Shown piece by piece: positions 1-9,133 of a stretch of DNA of 32,000 nucleotides (its first letter is position 1; the number at the start of each line of letters is the position of its first letter). The stretch covers positions 120,001-152,000 of the forward strand of contig SHMX01000006.1 of the NCBI GenBank assembly GCA_008080745.1, in the 5' to 3' direction. The notes beneath the pieces were generated by a model that made no database searches, had not been told where the DNA came from, and saw only the letters and a program-made list of their open reading frames with translations. The position numbers and the translations under genes are program-made. This DNA is from Candidatus Thorarchaeota archaeon (lineage in GTDB: Archaea > Asgardarchaeota > Thorarchaeia > Thorarchaeales > Thorarchaeaceae).

Positions 1-825
1 AATTATTTGTTTCATTATGATGTTACAGGTGCTGCAATGGAGGAAGTTCTAGAGAAAGAGCTGGGAAACGATTGTTATCAGGGAGTATGTCTTACTACCG
101 GATCAGCAGGAACAATAGCTTGCGGGGATTACATGAAACAACTATATCCAGCATCTAAGATTGCTGCTGGAGAGGCTCTGCAATGTCCCACTTTATTGTT
201 GAATGGATACGGGGCACATAGAATTGAAGGGATTGGAGATAAGCATGTACCTTGGATACATAATACACGCAACACTGACATGGTGATAGCGATTGATGAT
301 AATGATTCCATGGCCTTGATGAGACTGTTCAATGAACCTGCTGGAAGACACTATCTAACTGAAGAAATTGGGATTCCGGGAGAGTTTATTTCACAACTTG
401 ACCTCCTTGGAATATCTAGTATTGCAAATCTACTAATGTGTATAAAATTTGCAAAATATTACGAATTAACCTCTGATGATGTTATTCTTACGGTCTTCAC
501 TGACTCTATGGAAATGTACGATTCTCGATTGAGAGAGGCAAGAGCTAAACATGGAGAATATACGCGAGAAAATGCCATTCGTGACTTCCACCTGCATCTG
601 AAAGGAATGAAAATCGATGCATTGATGGAGATGGGTTATTACGATAGAAAACGAATCCACCACCTGAAATATTTCACGTGGATTGAGCAACAACAATTCG
701 AACTTGATGAGCTGAACAGGCAGTGGTATGATTATGATGAATACTGGTCAAGCATCCAAGCCATAACCCCAGAGATTGACGAACAGATAACCAAGTTCAA
801 TCAAGCAGTAGGTCTTCTTAAGTAA
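1..825 (+). CDS. Fold-type II PLP-dependent enzyme (cysteine synthase/threonine synthase-like), C-terminal part; 5'-truncated by the window edge
   Basis: The frame is open from base 1 (NYLFHY...). It contains the phosphate-binding loop TTGSAGTIACG and the cysteine-synthase-like motifs HRIEGIG and GISSIAN. The catalytic Lys region lies upstream of the window. Confidence 0.8.
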   Translation, partial: NYLFHYDVTGAAMEEVLEKELGNDCYQGVCLTTGSAGTIACGDYMKQLYPASKIAAGEALQCPTLLLNGYGAHRIEGIGDKHVPWIHNTRNTDMVIAIDDNDSMALMRLFNEPAGRHYLTEEIGIPGEFISQLDLLGISSIANLLMCIKFAKYYELTSDDVILTVFTDSMEMYDSRLREARAKHGEYTRENAIRDFHLHLKGMKIDALMEMGYYDRKRIHHLKYFTWIEQQQFELDELNRQWYDYDEYWSSIQAITPEIDEQITKFNQAVGLLK

Positions 826-840
826 TTGAAAAGCAAAGAG

Positions 841-1998
841 ATGAACAAGATGGAGTCCTCAAAATCACTTGTTAGGATTCCTTATTCTGGAAATCTTGGA
901 AAACAAGTTGAAGAAGTCTCTGAAGATGCTATGAAAATTGATCTCTATCTCCGTACAATTTCATCTATTGACCTACAAGAAGTATCCAGAATGAAACAAC
1001 TCGAATGTCTTGATCTATCCTATAACCGTCTGGAAGAAGTAGACTTGAGTGGACTGTCAGGTTGCATCAAACTACGTGAAGTGCGATTGCAGCACAACGG
1101 TCTTATTTCAGTAAACCTTTGGCCTTTGATATTTTCAGAGAACCCATTCTATATTGACATATCAAATAATGAAATTGATTTCATAGACCTCACTCCCGTG
1201 TTTCATTGGAAGGCAGTACTTACTGATCCAGGTCTTCATGTCCAATTCGATCCGTGTTTGAAATACATTCCACAGATTCTTAGTAGAAGTATGATTGATG
1301 AAAGAACGAAGTTCAAAGAACCCTTGGCAATAGTGGGTTTCAATGACTATCAAAAGGTCATTGAAGAGCAAGGCTGGAAATACGTTGTAGACAGGATAAA
1401 TCGGGTCTTTGAGAAAATTCAATCTAATGATTGGTTTGCATTCCAGAGAGGAGTCATGGAGGGGCTGGGGATGGGAGAGATTGCTTGCTATGACGGAAAT
1501 CCCATGGATATCTTAGAGAACGGTCTTGAAATTGACTCATTTGAAGATGCCAGATATACCATCTACTCTGAAGCAGTCAGCCTAATAGATAGACAGATTG
1601 AATCTAGCGGGCCCACAACATTTCTAGACATTGAACGTATGCTGAAGACCGAAGCCTGTACCTTAGTGCCGAAGATTGTAGACCGGAGAATAAATGAGAT
1701 TGAGAACACAATCGTACCTCAGACAAATGATAGAGTTCTCTTGATGCCTTTATGGATTACATCAATTGGTTATAGTATTCTATCAGCGATGAAACTTGGA
1801 TTACGAACGAATCCAAAAGTTGTACAACAAATTAGAAAGCACATTGCAAAGCTTGGTCAAAACATCACTATTGCTCGAAATGTCGCTACTGAGAATCCCT
1901 ATGGGGTAGCATGTAGTAGGTCATATCGTAGACACATTGCTCAGATGGTGCAGCATAACCAGCCATCGCCCCAATACATTAGTTCACGGAAACTGTGA
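841..1998 (+). CDS. Leucine-rich repeat protein with an uncharacterised C-terminal domain
   Basis: About 4-5 LRR units (LECLDLSYNRLEEVDL, LREVRLQHNGLISVNL, YIDISNNEIDFIDL). The start is uncertain (TTG 826, ATG 841 or ATG 850). Confidence 0.8.
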   Translation: MNKMESSKSLVRIPYSGNLGKQVEEVSEDAMKIDLYLRTISSIDLQEVSRMKQLECLDLSYNRLEEVDLSGLSGCIKLREVRLQHNGLISVNLWPLIFSENPFYIDISNNEIDFIDLTPVFHWKAVLTDPGLHVQFDPCLKYIPQILSRSMIDERTKFKEPLAIVGFNDYQKVIEEQGWKYVVDRINRVFEKIQSNDWFAFQRGVMEGLGMGEIACYDGNPMDILENGLEIDSFEDARYTIYSEAVSLIDRQIESSGPTTFLDIERMLKTEACTLVPKIVDRRINEIENTIVPQTNDRVLLMPLWITSIGYSILSAMKLGLRTNPKVVQQIRKHIAKLGQNITIARNVATENPYGVACSRSYRRHIAQMVQHNQPSPQYISSRKL

Positions 1999-2065
1999 AA
2001 AAATATTGGTACAAAATGAAGATATACAGCATCCTTTTCTGTAAACAGTTCTACTACATATTGCA

Positions 2066-3004
2066 ATGATATCAAAAACAGCTAAAGTGCAGCCATATAA
2101 ATCAGAAGACGCAGATATAGATACTCTGGTCAGTTTTCTAAGAAGAGTTGCTAAACTGCTTGACGATATATTTGAGCCTTCAACTATCATCCAAGACGAT
2201 TCTACCGAATCAGAGCCATACGATTATGTAGAGAGGACCTATAAACTTGGCAGTGAAGATGCGCATTTTGCAATCCTTCATAGAATGGAATTTGAAGCCA
2301 AGTATGGCGGTCATGCTGTTGACATTGTAAGAGTTGCTTGTGAAGGTCTTGTTGATGATCAATCGGTTAGTATAGAAGTGGCAAGAAGATATAGTCAACC
2401 AAGATATGCTGAAATCACCCTCCGTTGCTCTGATGGGGAAAAAGCGGAAAAAATATTGAGGCTCTTCAAAGAAGAATTCGATGCCAGATCACAGCTCGAT
2501 GAAAAGGACATCAAATCCCATCTCACCAGTGCTCTTATAGCAATAAAGAGAAGAGCTTGGAGCGGAGCAGAGGCTCAGGCAAAAATCGTCTTAGATTATG
2601 ATCCTTCTAATGTAGAGGCGCTGTTCTATCTTGGGATTGCTAGAGCTGCTCAAGGAGATCTTCAACGGGCAGAGGAAATCCTCACAGATGTTATAGATAG
2701 AGATCCCAGTAATTATGATGCTTACTATAATCTCGGTCTTGTCTACAAAAATACAGAAAGAGTCGATGAAGCTATCAAACTTTATGAAAAGGGATTGTGC
2801 ATAAACCCAGACAACCATGCACTCCAATTTCAATTAGCACGGGCTCATGAGGAGGCAGGAAATAAAGAACAGGCATTGTTCTATTATCGCGAAGCACTCC
2901 GAACCAGTCCTAATCCAGATGGAGCTTTTCATTTTACTGGTATGGATTTCACGGACTACACAAAGGAAGCAATTGAAAGACTGGAGAAAGAACTCGCAGT
3001 CTAA
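2066..3004 (+). CDS. Tetratricopeptide repeat protein with an unknown N-terminal domain
   Basis: TPR consensus in the C-terminal half: ALFYLGIARAAQGDLQRAEEILTDVIDRDPSN, AYYNLGLVYKNTERVDEAIKLYEKGLCINPDN, LQFQLARAHEEAGNKEQALFYYREALRTSP. Confidence 0.85.
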   Translation: MISKTAKVQPYKSEDADIDTLVSFLRRVAKLLDDIFEPSTIIQDDSTESEPYDYVERTYKLGSEDAHFAILHRMEFEAKYGGHAVDIVRVACEGLVDDQSVSIEVARRYSQPRYAEITLRCSDGEKAEKILRLFKEEFDARSQLDEKDIKSHLTSALIAIKRRAWSGAEAQAKIVLDYDPSNVEALFYLGIARAAQGDLQRAEEILTDVIDRDPSNYDAYYNLGLVYKNTERVDEAIKLYEKGLCINPDNHALQFQLARAHEEAGNKEQALFYYREALRTSPNPDGAFHFTGMDFTDYTKEAIERLEKELAV

Positions 3005-3009
3005 TAATA

Positions 3010-4446
3010 TCACATGTTACTTCTTCTTTCTCGGACTTCGTAGTAATCACAGACCTTTGAGAGAGCTGTTACCGCTTCCTGCATGTTTCTAAATACAGGA
3101 AGTTTCTTCTCAACAAATATGTCCCAGGCTTCTTTTCTTGCCTGAGGATATGCAATATCCGGCACAGCAACAAGAACGGGTTTCTCATGTCGAATGCTCA
3201 CTTCTCTAGCAGCTTCTGCCATTGCACGCCAGAAATCAACGACAACATCAGCAGCACCCATTATTGTAGCAACCTGATGAATATGATGAACATCAGCCTC
3301 AAAAATCAATGAATCAAAGTTAGGTTCCGCCCCAACCAGTCTAAGAACTTCAGCAGTGGTCTGATCGGAGTAGTAATCCGCTGCAAGATCGATTGGATTT
3401 TTGAGTGAAGTTCCCACGTCACGAATCAAAGGATCAAGTTTCTCTAGGGTGTCAGTGGAAGTGGTAGGTACTTTGAGACCTGCCCCTACACACATATCAG
3501 TGTAGATGACACTAGTTCCTCCACTAATTGCAACCATACCAATATTTCTTGACTTCGGTTTCGGGGAAAGTGAGAATACACTCAGAGTAGCCACCAGCTC
3601 TTCAAGAGTGGTTACTGTAGGGACATTAGCCTGTCTGAAGGCAGCAGACCATATATCTTGGCTACCCGCTAATGCACCAGTATGGGATGAAACTGCTCTT
3701 GAACCCTCGACAGAACGGCCTCCTTTGAGAACCACAACAGGTTTCTTCTTAGCCAAGACCTTCATCTCAGTAAGCAATTCACTACCAGATTCCACACCTT
3801 CGATGTACGCACCGATAACTTTTGTTTCATCATCATCTTGGAAATAACGAATAAGCTCTGGTGGTTTGATATCCACTGAATTGCCAAAACTGAATAGCTT
3901 GCTAAACCCAACTCCAGATTCTGCACCAGCAGTGTAGGTGCTAATAGCAACACCGCCAGATTGGGAGATGAAACCAACATCACCCATTCTTTTGATAATA
4001 GTTGGGGCAAAAGCAAAGCCGAGTCGAGGATAACATAAACCCATGCAATTGGGCCCAAACACTCTCATTGGAATGCCTTCAACTAGCTCTTTGAACTTGC
4101 GTTCCTCTTCTTTACCATCAGGTGTACCTAGTTCAGAGTATCCGCTAGTGAATACTGTTGCACCCTTTGCCCCTTTATCAGCAACCTGTTTGAGAACAGG
4201 CAAGACAACTTTTCGAGGAACAGCAACTATGGCATAGTCTATCTTATCGGGTATATCGTCGATGTCAGCATAGATCTTATGGCCTAATACTTCTCCTTCT
4301 CTTTTTGAAACTAACCAGACCTTTAGATCATGTGGCCATTGTAACATTGAGTGAACCCAGTAATAGCCCAGTTTCATTGAAACCCCAATGATAGCAACTG
4401 ATTGGATATCAAGCATCTCAGCAATGGATGGTTTTCTAACTGTCAT
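3010..4446 (-). CDS. ADP-forming acyl-CoA synthetase (acetate-CoA ligase) alpha subunit / CoA-binding protein
   Basis: Motifs AIIGVS, GPNCMG, SQSGG, SFGN, phospho-His SHTGALAG and NPIDL. No ATP-grasp domain is fused. The start was moved to ATG 4446 (MTVRKP) because the ORF-track extension looks non-coding. Confidence 0.88.
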   Translation of the reverse strand: MTVRKPSIAEMLDIQSVAIIGVSMKLGYYWVHSMLQWPHDLKVWLVSKREGEVLGHKIYADIDDIPDKIDYAIVAVPRKVVLPVLKQVADKGAKGATVFTSGYSELGTPDGKEEERKFKELVEGIPMRVFGPNCMGLCYPRLGFAFAPTIIKRMGDVGFISQSGGVAISTYTAGAESGVGFSKLFSFGNSVDIKPPELIRYFQDDDETKVIGAYIEGVESGSELLTEMKVLAKKKPVVVLKGGRSVEGSRAVSSHTGALAGSQDIWSAAFRQANVPTVTTLEELVATLSVFSLSPKPKSRNIGMVAISGGTSVIYTDMCVGAGLKVPTTSTDTLEKLDPLIRDVGTSLKNPIDLAADYYSDQTTAEVLRLVGAEPNFDSLIFEADVHHIHQVATIMGAADVVVDFWRAMAEAAREVSIRHEKPVLVAVPDIAYPQARKEAWDIFVEKKLPVFRNMQEAVTALSKVCDYYEVRERRSNM

Positions 4447-4609
4447 CGATAAGACCTTACCGTGATGTGGGAGTCCTGTAATGCGGGATTTAAGAGTACC
4501 TGATTGGTAAAGCTTTGAATTCCAAAAATGTGTAATCAAACGAATGAATAATGAGAAAAGGTTTTCTTTGAGAAAATCATCCTATGGTATAGAAACAGAG
4601 GAAATGTAA

Positions 4610-5752
4610 ATGGAAAAATTGAGCGTGTTCGGGATAATCCATAAATTCCGGAAACCGATTGTTGTTTCTTTGGTTATATGGAGTCTTTTTGTACCTGTAG
4701 TTGATGGAATCATCGTACAGAGAGATAGAAACCGGAATATGCTCTATGGTGAGTTATTCTGGAGCAGGGGATTTGGTGTCTATGACTTGACAGATGAAGA
4801 TCTGAATAATACAATCCCTAACGTACCAGAAGACCATCTATTGACTGACGTCTTGAATGTGACGTATGAATATCCAATAATCACGTTGATGTTTTTTGCA
4901 GGTATTGCTCTCATTGAACCAGGTGTATATGGACCACATTATTTAGCAAATTGGATTCTTATTTTGGTTTCCCATATGAGTATGGTTTTCTTTGTCTATC
5001 TAAGTCAAGATTATTGGAATAAAAAATGGTATCGACAGATATTCGGAGCATACTATTGTTTTGGATTATTTCTTACTGTTGGTTTTGCAAAAATAGAACC
5101 GTTTGTTGATCTTCTCTTTCTGATATCGATTTATTTCCTGAGGGAGAAAAAGTATGTACAAGCCAATATCTTGTTAGGTCTTGCATTTCAGACAAAATTA
5201 TACCCTGCCTATGCATATCCTTTCTTCTTTCTTTCCAATCCCACTGCTTCAATTGCATTTCTATTAACAGCAGGAAGTCTCACATTACCATTGATATTTG
5301 CTGGGGTTTCTAATGAATCCTTAGTCGCCCATCTGCTTAACAGCTCTAGCTATTCAGACATCATAACAAACCCATTTTATATTGGATGGATTTTTGAGAA
5401 TCCTCTCTCTATACTCGCACCTTTGACCTTATTTATTGCATTTCTATATTGTGTTCTTGAAACCAAGAGATGGCGAGGAATTCCAATAATACAACCTAAA
5501 TTTAGAATTCAAGAGCCAATGGCAGTATTGCTGTATCTTATCCCACTAGGTCTTGTCTTCTTGTCTTGGGTTTTGATTTGGTACTATGCTTGGTTCATTA
5601 CTGCCATTTTACTATTTGAGAGAGAAGTAAATGCTGAGAAATACAGGTACATTCTCATTGGTTTTGTAGCAGCACATATAGTAGGAGTAATAGTTAATCC
5701 AGGCTATTTTCTAACCGGACCACTTGAAGAGCTTCTAAGCCATTTCAAATAA
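4610..5752 (+). CDS. Polytopic GT-C fold glycosyltransferase (GT87/DUF2029-like)
   Basis: About 9-10 hydrophobic helices, an acidic first loop (GVYDLTDED) followed by YEYP, and the LGLAFQTKLYP motif typical of GT87/PIG-M-like enzymes. Confidence 0.6.
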   Translation: MEKLSVFGIIHKFRKPIVVSLVIWSLFVPVVDGIIVQRDRNRNMLYGELFWSRGFGVYDLTDEDLNNTIPNVPEDHLLTDVLNVTYEYPIITLMFFAGIALIEPGVYGPHYLANWILILVSHMSMVFFVYLSQDYWNKKWYRQIFGAYYCFGLFLTVGFAKIEPFVDLLFLISIYFLREKKYVQANILLGLAFQTKLYPAYAYPFFFLSNPTASIAFLLTAGSLTLPLIFAGVSNESLVAHLLNSSSYSDIITNPFYIGWIFENPLSILAPLTLFIAFLYCVLETKRWRGIPIIQPKFRIQEPMAVLLYLIPLGLVFLSWVLIWYYAWFITAILLFEREVNAEKYRYILIGFVAAHIVGVIVNPGYFLTGPLEELLSHFK

Positions 5753-5889
5753 GAGGATACTTTAGCATAATGCACAACCTTTTTGTCCAAGTAAGAATTT
5801 GATGGCTTGATTTCGTTGCTCATATAGCAAAAGACCTTAATGGAGTTGAAACTCCTTTACTAAATCTCAGGGTCTCTAGAAATAATCCC

Positions 5890-5897
5890 TTATAAAA
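5890..5897 (+). promoter_or_regulatory. Possible TATA box for the PIN-domain gene
   Basis: TTATAAAA starts 24 nt upstream of ATG 5914 and is preceded by purine-rich AGAAATAA (BRE-like). AGGAG at 5899-5903 could alternatively be an RBS. Confidence 0.4.
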
Positions 5898-5913
5898 CAG
5901 GAGTAGAAAATGA

Positions 5914-7728
5914 ATGCGCGTTTATCTCGATGCCAATTTCTTCATATCTGGTTTCTCAGACAGACCAAAAGACGTTTTTGTAATCAAAGAAGCTGCAGAA
6001 ATGGTTGGATGGGAACTGTGGATAACAAGACAGGTCTTCCACGAACTTAGATGGTACCTTCGTAGAGAAGTTGAAGAAATGATTCAAATTGAAGAGACCC
6101 TATCCAAGGAGATCAAATCCTTCATGGAAAGTTTCCATAGACCAGAGAGTTCACTCCCACAGTCTAACGACATGTCATTAGTCCTAGCAGCTATGCGAGC
6201 AAAGGAAGCAAAGATAGTAACCAGCGATTTGAAGCTACTAAACACTATAGAAGATCTTGACGTAGATACTGAAGGGATGGTAGGATCAGCATTCGTTCTA
6301 CAACTCATGGAAATGATTGATGACGAGGCTCTCAAGAAGAAATTGGGAAAGATACGAGACCGAATCTACACTGAAGAAGTGAGGTATAGTATCTCTCGTC
6401 AGGGTTCTTACGATCCAGTGGCTCGAATCCGAGTCATCGAGGAACATGCAATGAGTGTCCTTAGAGATGTAAAGCGACCAGCAGAGGTGGATAAAAAACT
6501 CTCAAAGGGTCAACCATTGTTTGTGCTTGATTTTCTTGAGGACATTAAGGCAGGCATCCCTGATATGTTCGAAGATTTCAAGGCAGGAAAATACGATACC
6601 CTCGCTCGTGAGATTGAAACCGTACAGAATGAAATAGAGAGGATGCTCATAGCATCCACCCTTACCCAAGATAAGGAAACCCACGATGCGCTAGTCAATC
6701 ATGCATCTGATTTGACTTTATTCCTTTATTTCCTAGAGATGATTTGTCACCTTTACAGAGGGACACGTGACGGATTGGAATATGCCCTGAAGATAAGCGA
6801 AGAAGCCTTCCGGTTGCTGATGTTCGCAGGTATAACTAACGATGAATTAAAGGCATCAGTATTCTTTGTCCGAATTGTACTCTATATAGTGCGAGAAGAC
6901 TACAACGAGATAGATTACTATTACAGTCTTTATGATTCAATGTTAGAACGAGCAGGTCTCAAAGAGATGAATAGAACCTCAGAAGGGCTCTACGTCACCA
7001 TGCAAATCTTACGTGAATTTATGGGTGGTTTCTCTCTCAGAAAAACAAAACTGGCTAATCCTGAGGTAACCATTGCAATGCTCATTGATATTTCAAAATA
7101 CGCAATTCAATTCGATAATCATGAGAACGCATGGCAGCTTGCAGTCAACGCCTATAAGATAGGAGTTGCTTATAATAAAGAAGAGGGAGCTCTAACTTCA
7201 TTTCTTATGCTTTACAAGATTTCATCATCCGCTCATGACAAGTTCGAAAACGCTTTGGAGAAAATAGCAGAGCATGCTCTAAAGGTGTTTGTAAAGAAGG
7301 GATGGAACACAGCTTCTGTTACCCCCATCTTAAATGAATTACAAGGCAGTCTTGTTTCGGTTGAGGAGGTCTCCTTTGATGAAACTCTTGGGATAGAAGA
7401 TATACCAGATGAACTTCAAGGTTGGATGGATGTGCTCATGCTAACTGAGACAAAGGGGAAAGAATACCTTATTGTCCGAAATGAAAAGATTCATGCTCGC
7501 ATAGGTATAGATGTAAGTAAGCATCCTGACCTTAAGATACTGATGACAGGGCACAAAGTAGCTCTGACACATGGAGAATTCACTCTCACCAAACCGCCTA
7601 AGGTATTAACAGACAAACACGCAGTTGTTCTGGTAATCACACCTTCAGAAGGTTCAGAGGTCTCATTTGAGGGAGAATATGGATTCTCATATCTGAAGGT
7701 TGCCGAACCTAAAAAAGAGAGCGAGTAG
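5914..7728 (+). CDS. PIN-domain nuclease fused to a long helical region and a beta-rich C-terminal domain
   Basis: PIN signature VYLDAN (D6), VFHEL (E44), SNDMSLV (D86) and IVTSD (D105). About 350 aa of predicted helices and about 110 aa of beta-rich sequence follow. Confidence 0.75.
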   Translation: MRVYLDANFFISGFSDRPKDVFVIKEAAEMVGWELWITRQVFHELRWYLRREVEEMIQIEETLSKEIKSFMESFHRPESSLPQSNDMSLVLAAMRAKEAKIVTSDLKLLNTIEDLDVDTEGMVGSAFVLQLMEMIDDEALKKKLGKIRDRIYTEEVRYSISRQGSYDPVARIRVIEEHAMSVLRDVKRPAEVDKKLSKGQPLFVLDFLEDIKAGIPDMFEDFKAGKYDTLAREIETVQNEIERMLIASTLTQDKETHDALVNHASDLTLFLYFLEMICHLYRGTRDGLEYALKISEEAFRLLMFAGITNDELKASVFFVRIVLYIVREDYNEIDYYYSLYDSMLERAGLKEMNRTSEGLYVTMQILREFMGGFSLRKTKLANPEVTIAMLIDISKYAIQFDNHENAWQLAVNAYKIGVAYNKEEGALTSFLMLYKISSSAHDKFENALEKIAEHALKVFVKKGWNTASVTPILNELQGSLVSVEEVSFDETLGIEDIPDELQGWMDVLMLTETKGKEYLIVRNEKIHARIGIDVSKHPDLKILMTGHKVALTHGEFTLTKPPKVLTDKHAVVLVITPSEGSEVSFEGEYGFSYLKVAEPKKESE

Positions 7729-7737
7729 GAAAATAGA

Positions 7738-8190
7738 ATGGACATATTCATCTGGATATTGGTGACTGTAGGAACTGCAGTCCTGATGTTATTCAACTAC
7801 TATTTGAACAAGGCTCCTGGAGCAGACCCAGACGACTACATCGTCGGCCCTCCGGAATTAGGAATAACCTGTGATTGTTTCATAAATGTCCTGATCTTAG
7901 GAGGAATAGCTGTCATCGCTATATCAATCAACTCTGCTGCATTTGATTCAAGATTAGAGCTCTATTTGGTTGGGATTGCATCTTTTCTAGCAATAACCGT
8001 TGCAGGAATATATGGACGGAGAGAACGTCATAGAGAATGGAAAGAATTACGTAAGACCTTTCAAAGAGCTATTCCCGAGGCACATACACGCACCTATGGA
8101 AGACCCACTTTTGAAATCTATTTTGATGATGAGTATCTTGAAGAGGAAGAAGATGAGGATGATGACTCCGATTGGGGCTACGGTCCATAA
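7738..8190 (+). CDS. Small membrane protein (about 3 TM helices) with an acidic C-terminal tail
   Basis: Three hydrophobic segments, a basic stretch RRERHREWKELRK, and the tail FDDEYLEEEEDEDDDSD. It starts 9 nt after the PIN gene stop. Confidence 0.75.
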   Translation: MDIFIWILVTVGTAVLMLFNYYLNKAPGADPDDYIVGPPELGITCDCFINVLILGGIAVIAISINSAAFDSRLELYLVGIASFLAITVAGIYGRRERHREWKELRKTFQRAIPEAHTRTYGRPTFEIYFDDEYLEEEEDEDDDSDWGYGP

Positions 8191-8547
8191 TCATTCAGCC
8201 TGAACCTTATCATCCTTGAGATTTGGAAGTTTTATTGCAATAACAGTAACAGGCTCATTATAGGTTTCAAAGTGATGAGCTTCACCAGGATTTACAACCA
8301 CTAAATCACCCTTTTCTAATTGATGGATTTCACCATTAATTCCAAGCTTTGTTGGATTCATGACGATGAAAATCTCCTCTAGCTCCATATGAGCGTGAGG
8401 TATGGTTTTTGTTTTAGCTGGGATATTGACGATGATAAAACCCGCTGTTGTAATCTCACTTCTCAGAAGTACGTCAGCAACATATGTCGCAGTATATCCA
8501 GATTTTCCCTTTGTAGGTGCAATAGATCGCCGATGAATTTTCACCAT
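8191..8547 (-). CDS. Cupin domain protein
   Basis: Cupin motif 1 PHAHMELEEIFIV and motif 2 GDLVVVNPGEAHHF. ATG 8547 is preferred over TTG 8556. Its stop directly abuts the stop of the convergent gene. Confidence 0.88.
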   Translation of the reverse strand: MVKIHRRSIAPTKGKSGYTATYVADVLLRSEITTAGFIIVNIPAKTKTIPHAHMELEEIFIVMNPTKLGINGEIHQLEKGDLVVVNPGEAHHFETYNEPVTVIAIKLPNLKDDKVQAE

Positions 8548-8600
8548 AGGAATCAAGTATTAACATTCACCGTTCAAGATAAGACTGTGGGAAAGGTGTA

Positions 8601-8627
8601 GGGGAACGTCTGGAGTGACGCTCACCC
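8601..8627 (-). terminator. GC-rich hairpin, possible terminator or RNA-processing stem
   Basis: The minus strand reads GGGUGAGCGUC-ACUCCA-GACGUUCCCC (about 10 bp with one G-U pair and one bulge), followed by a pyrimidine-rich tract. It lies 18 nt downstream of the small-ORF stop at 8646. Confidence 0.35.
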
Positions 8628-8645
8628 AATAATAGACCATGCGAT

Positions 8646-8789
8646 TTAGGTCTCTGTTTCCCCTTCGGTAGCATCCTCAACTTCAGGAATTTCCTCGGGA
8701 AAATCGTCTAGGTCCGAAGCCTTTCGCGATTGTTCACCGCGAAGGATATGTTTGTTGAATTTAGGCTTCATCCTTTCCTTTGTCTCCAT
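8646..8789 (-). CDS. Putative 47-aa small protein (basic N-terminus, acidic tail), below the ORF-track cutoff
   Basis: Manual translation gives METKERMKPKFNKHILRGEQSRKASDLDDFPEEIPEVEDATEGETET*. The composition resembles acidic tails of neighbouring genes. There is no clear RBS. Confidence 0.4.
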   Translation of the reverse strand: METKERMKPKFNKHILRGEQSRKASDLDDFPEEIPEVEDATEGETET

Positions 8790-9133
8790 AAAGGACAACT
8801 AAGGTATCTACCAAAGCAGCTATCATTAATGTGAGGAACACCCAGGTCATACACAGATGGATATATGCGTATTAGCTAACTCGTGCGGCAATTGCACAAA
8901 GAACATAATATCATTCCAAGTGCGTTATTTGCACAACTCCTCGCATCATATCGTACAATGCTACTTCAAACACCTCAACTATAACTAGTATTCAACGGTT
9001 TTAATCACCTACAAAATTCAGAAGAAAGGACCAACTGACTAGTAACAATTATCAATACATATCTATTACACAAATTATGCTCTTTGAATCGAAGCTAGGA
9101 GTTATTAGTCCAAAATAACAAGGTTAGAATGTG

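Noticed and set aside
3010-4446. Acyl-CoA ligase alpha subunit without a beta subunit nearby
   Set aside because: Split, unlinked alpha and beta genes are common for archaeal ADP-forming acyl-CoA synthetases.
4447-4539. N-terminal extension of the acyl-CoA ligase alpha ORF
   Set aside because: It falls in the divergent promoter region, and homology-like sequence begins only near MTVRKP.
4554-4567. Palindrome AGAAAA-GG-TTTTCT between divergent genes
   Set aside because: It is AT-rich and low complexity, and could be overlapping BRE/TATA-like elements or chance.
8892-8936. TTGCACAA repeated at 8892 and 8929 (TGCACAA also at 5771)
   Set aside because: An 8-mer in two copies with no spacer pattern is too weak to call an operator or CRISPR remnant.
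8851-8980. Possible selenoprotein by TGA readthrough on the minus strand
   Set aside because: An in-frame TAA follows shortly after, with no redox motif and no recognisable SECIS.
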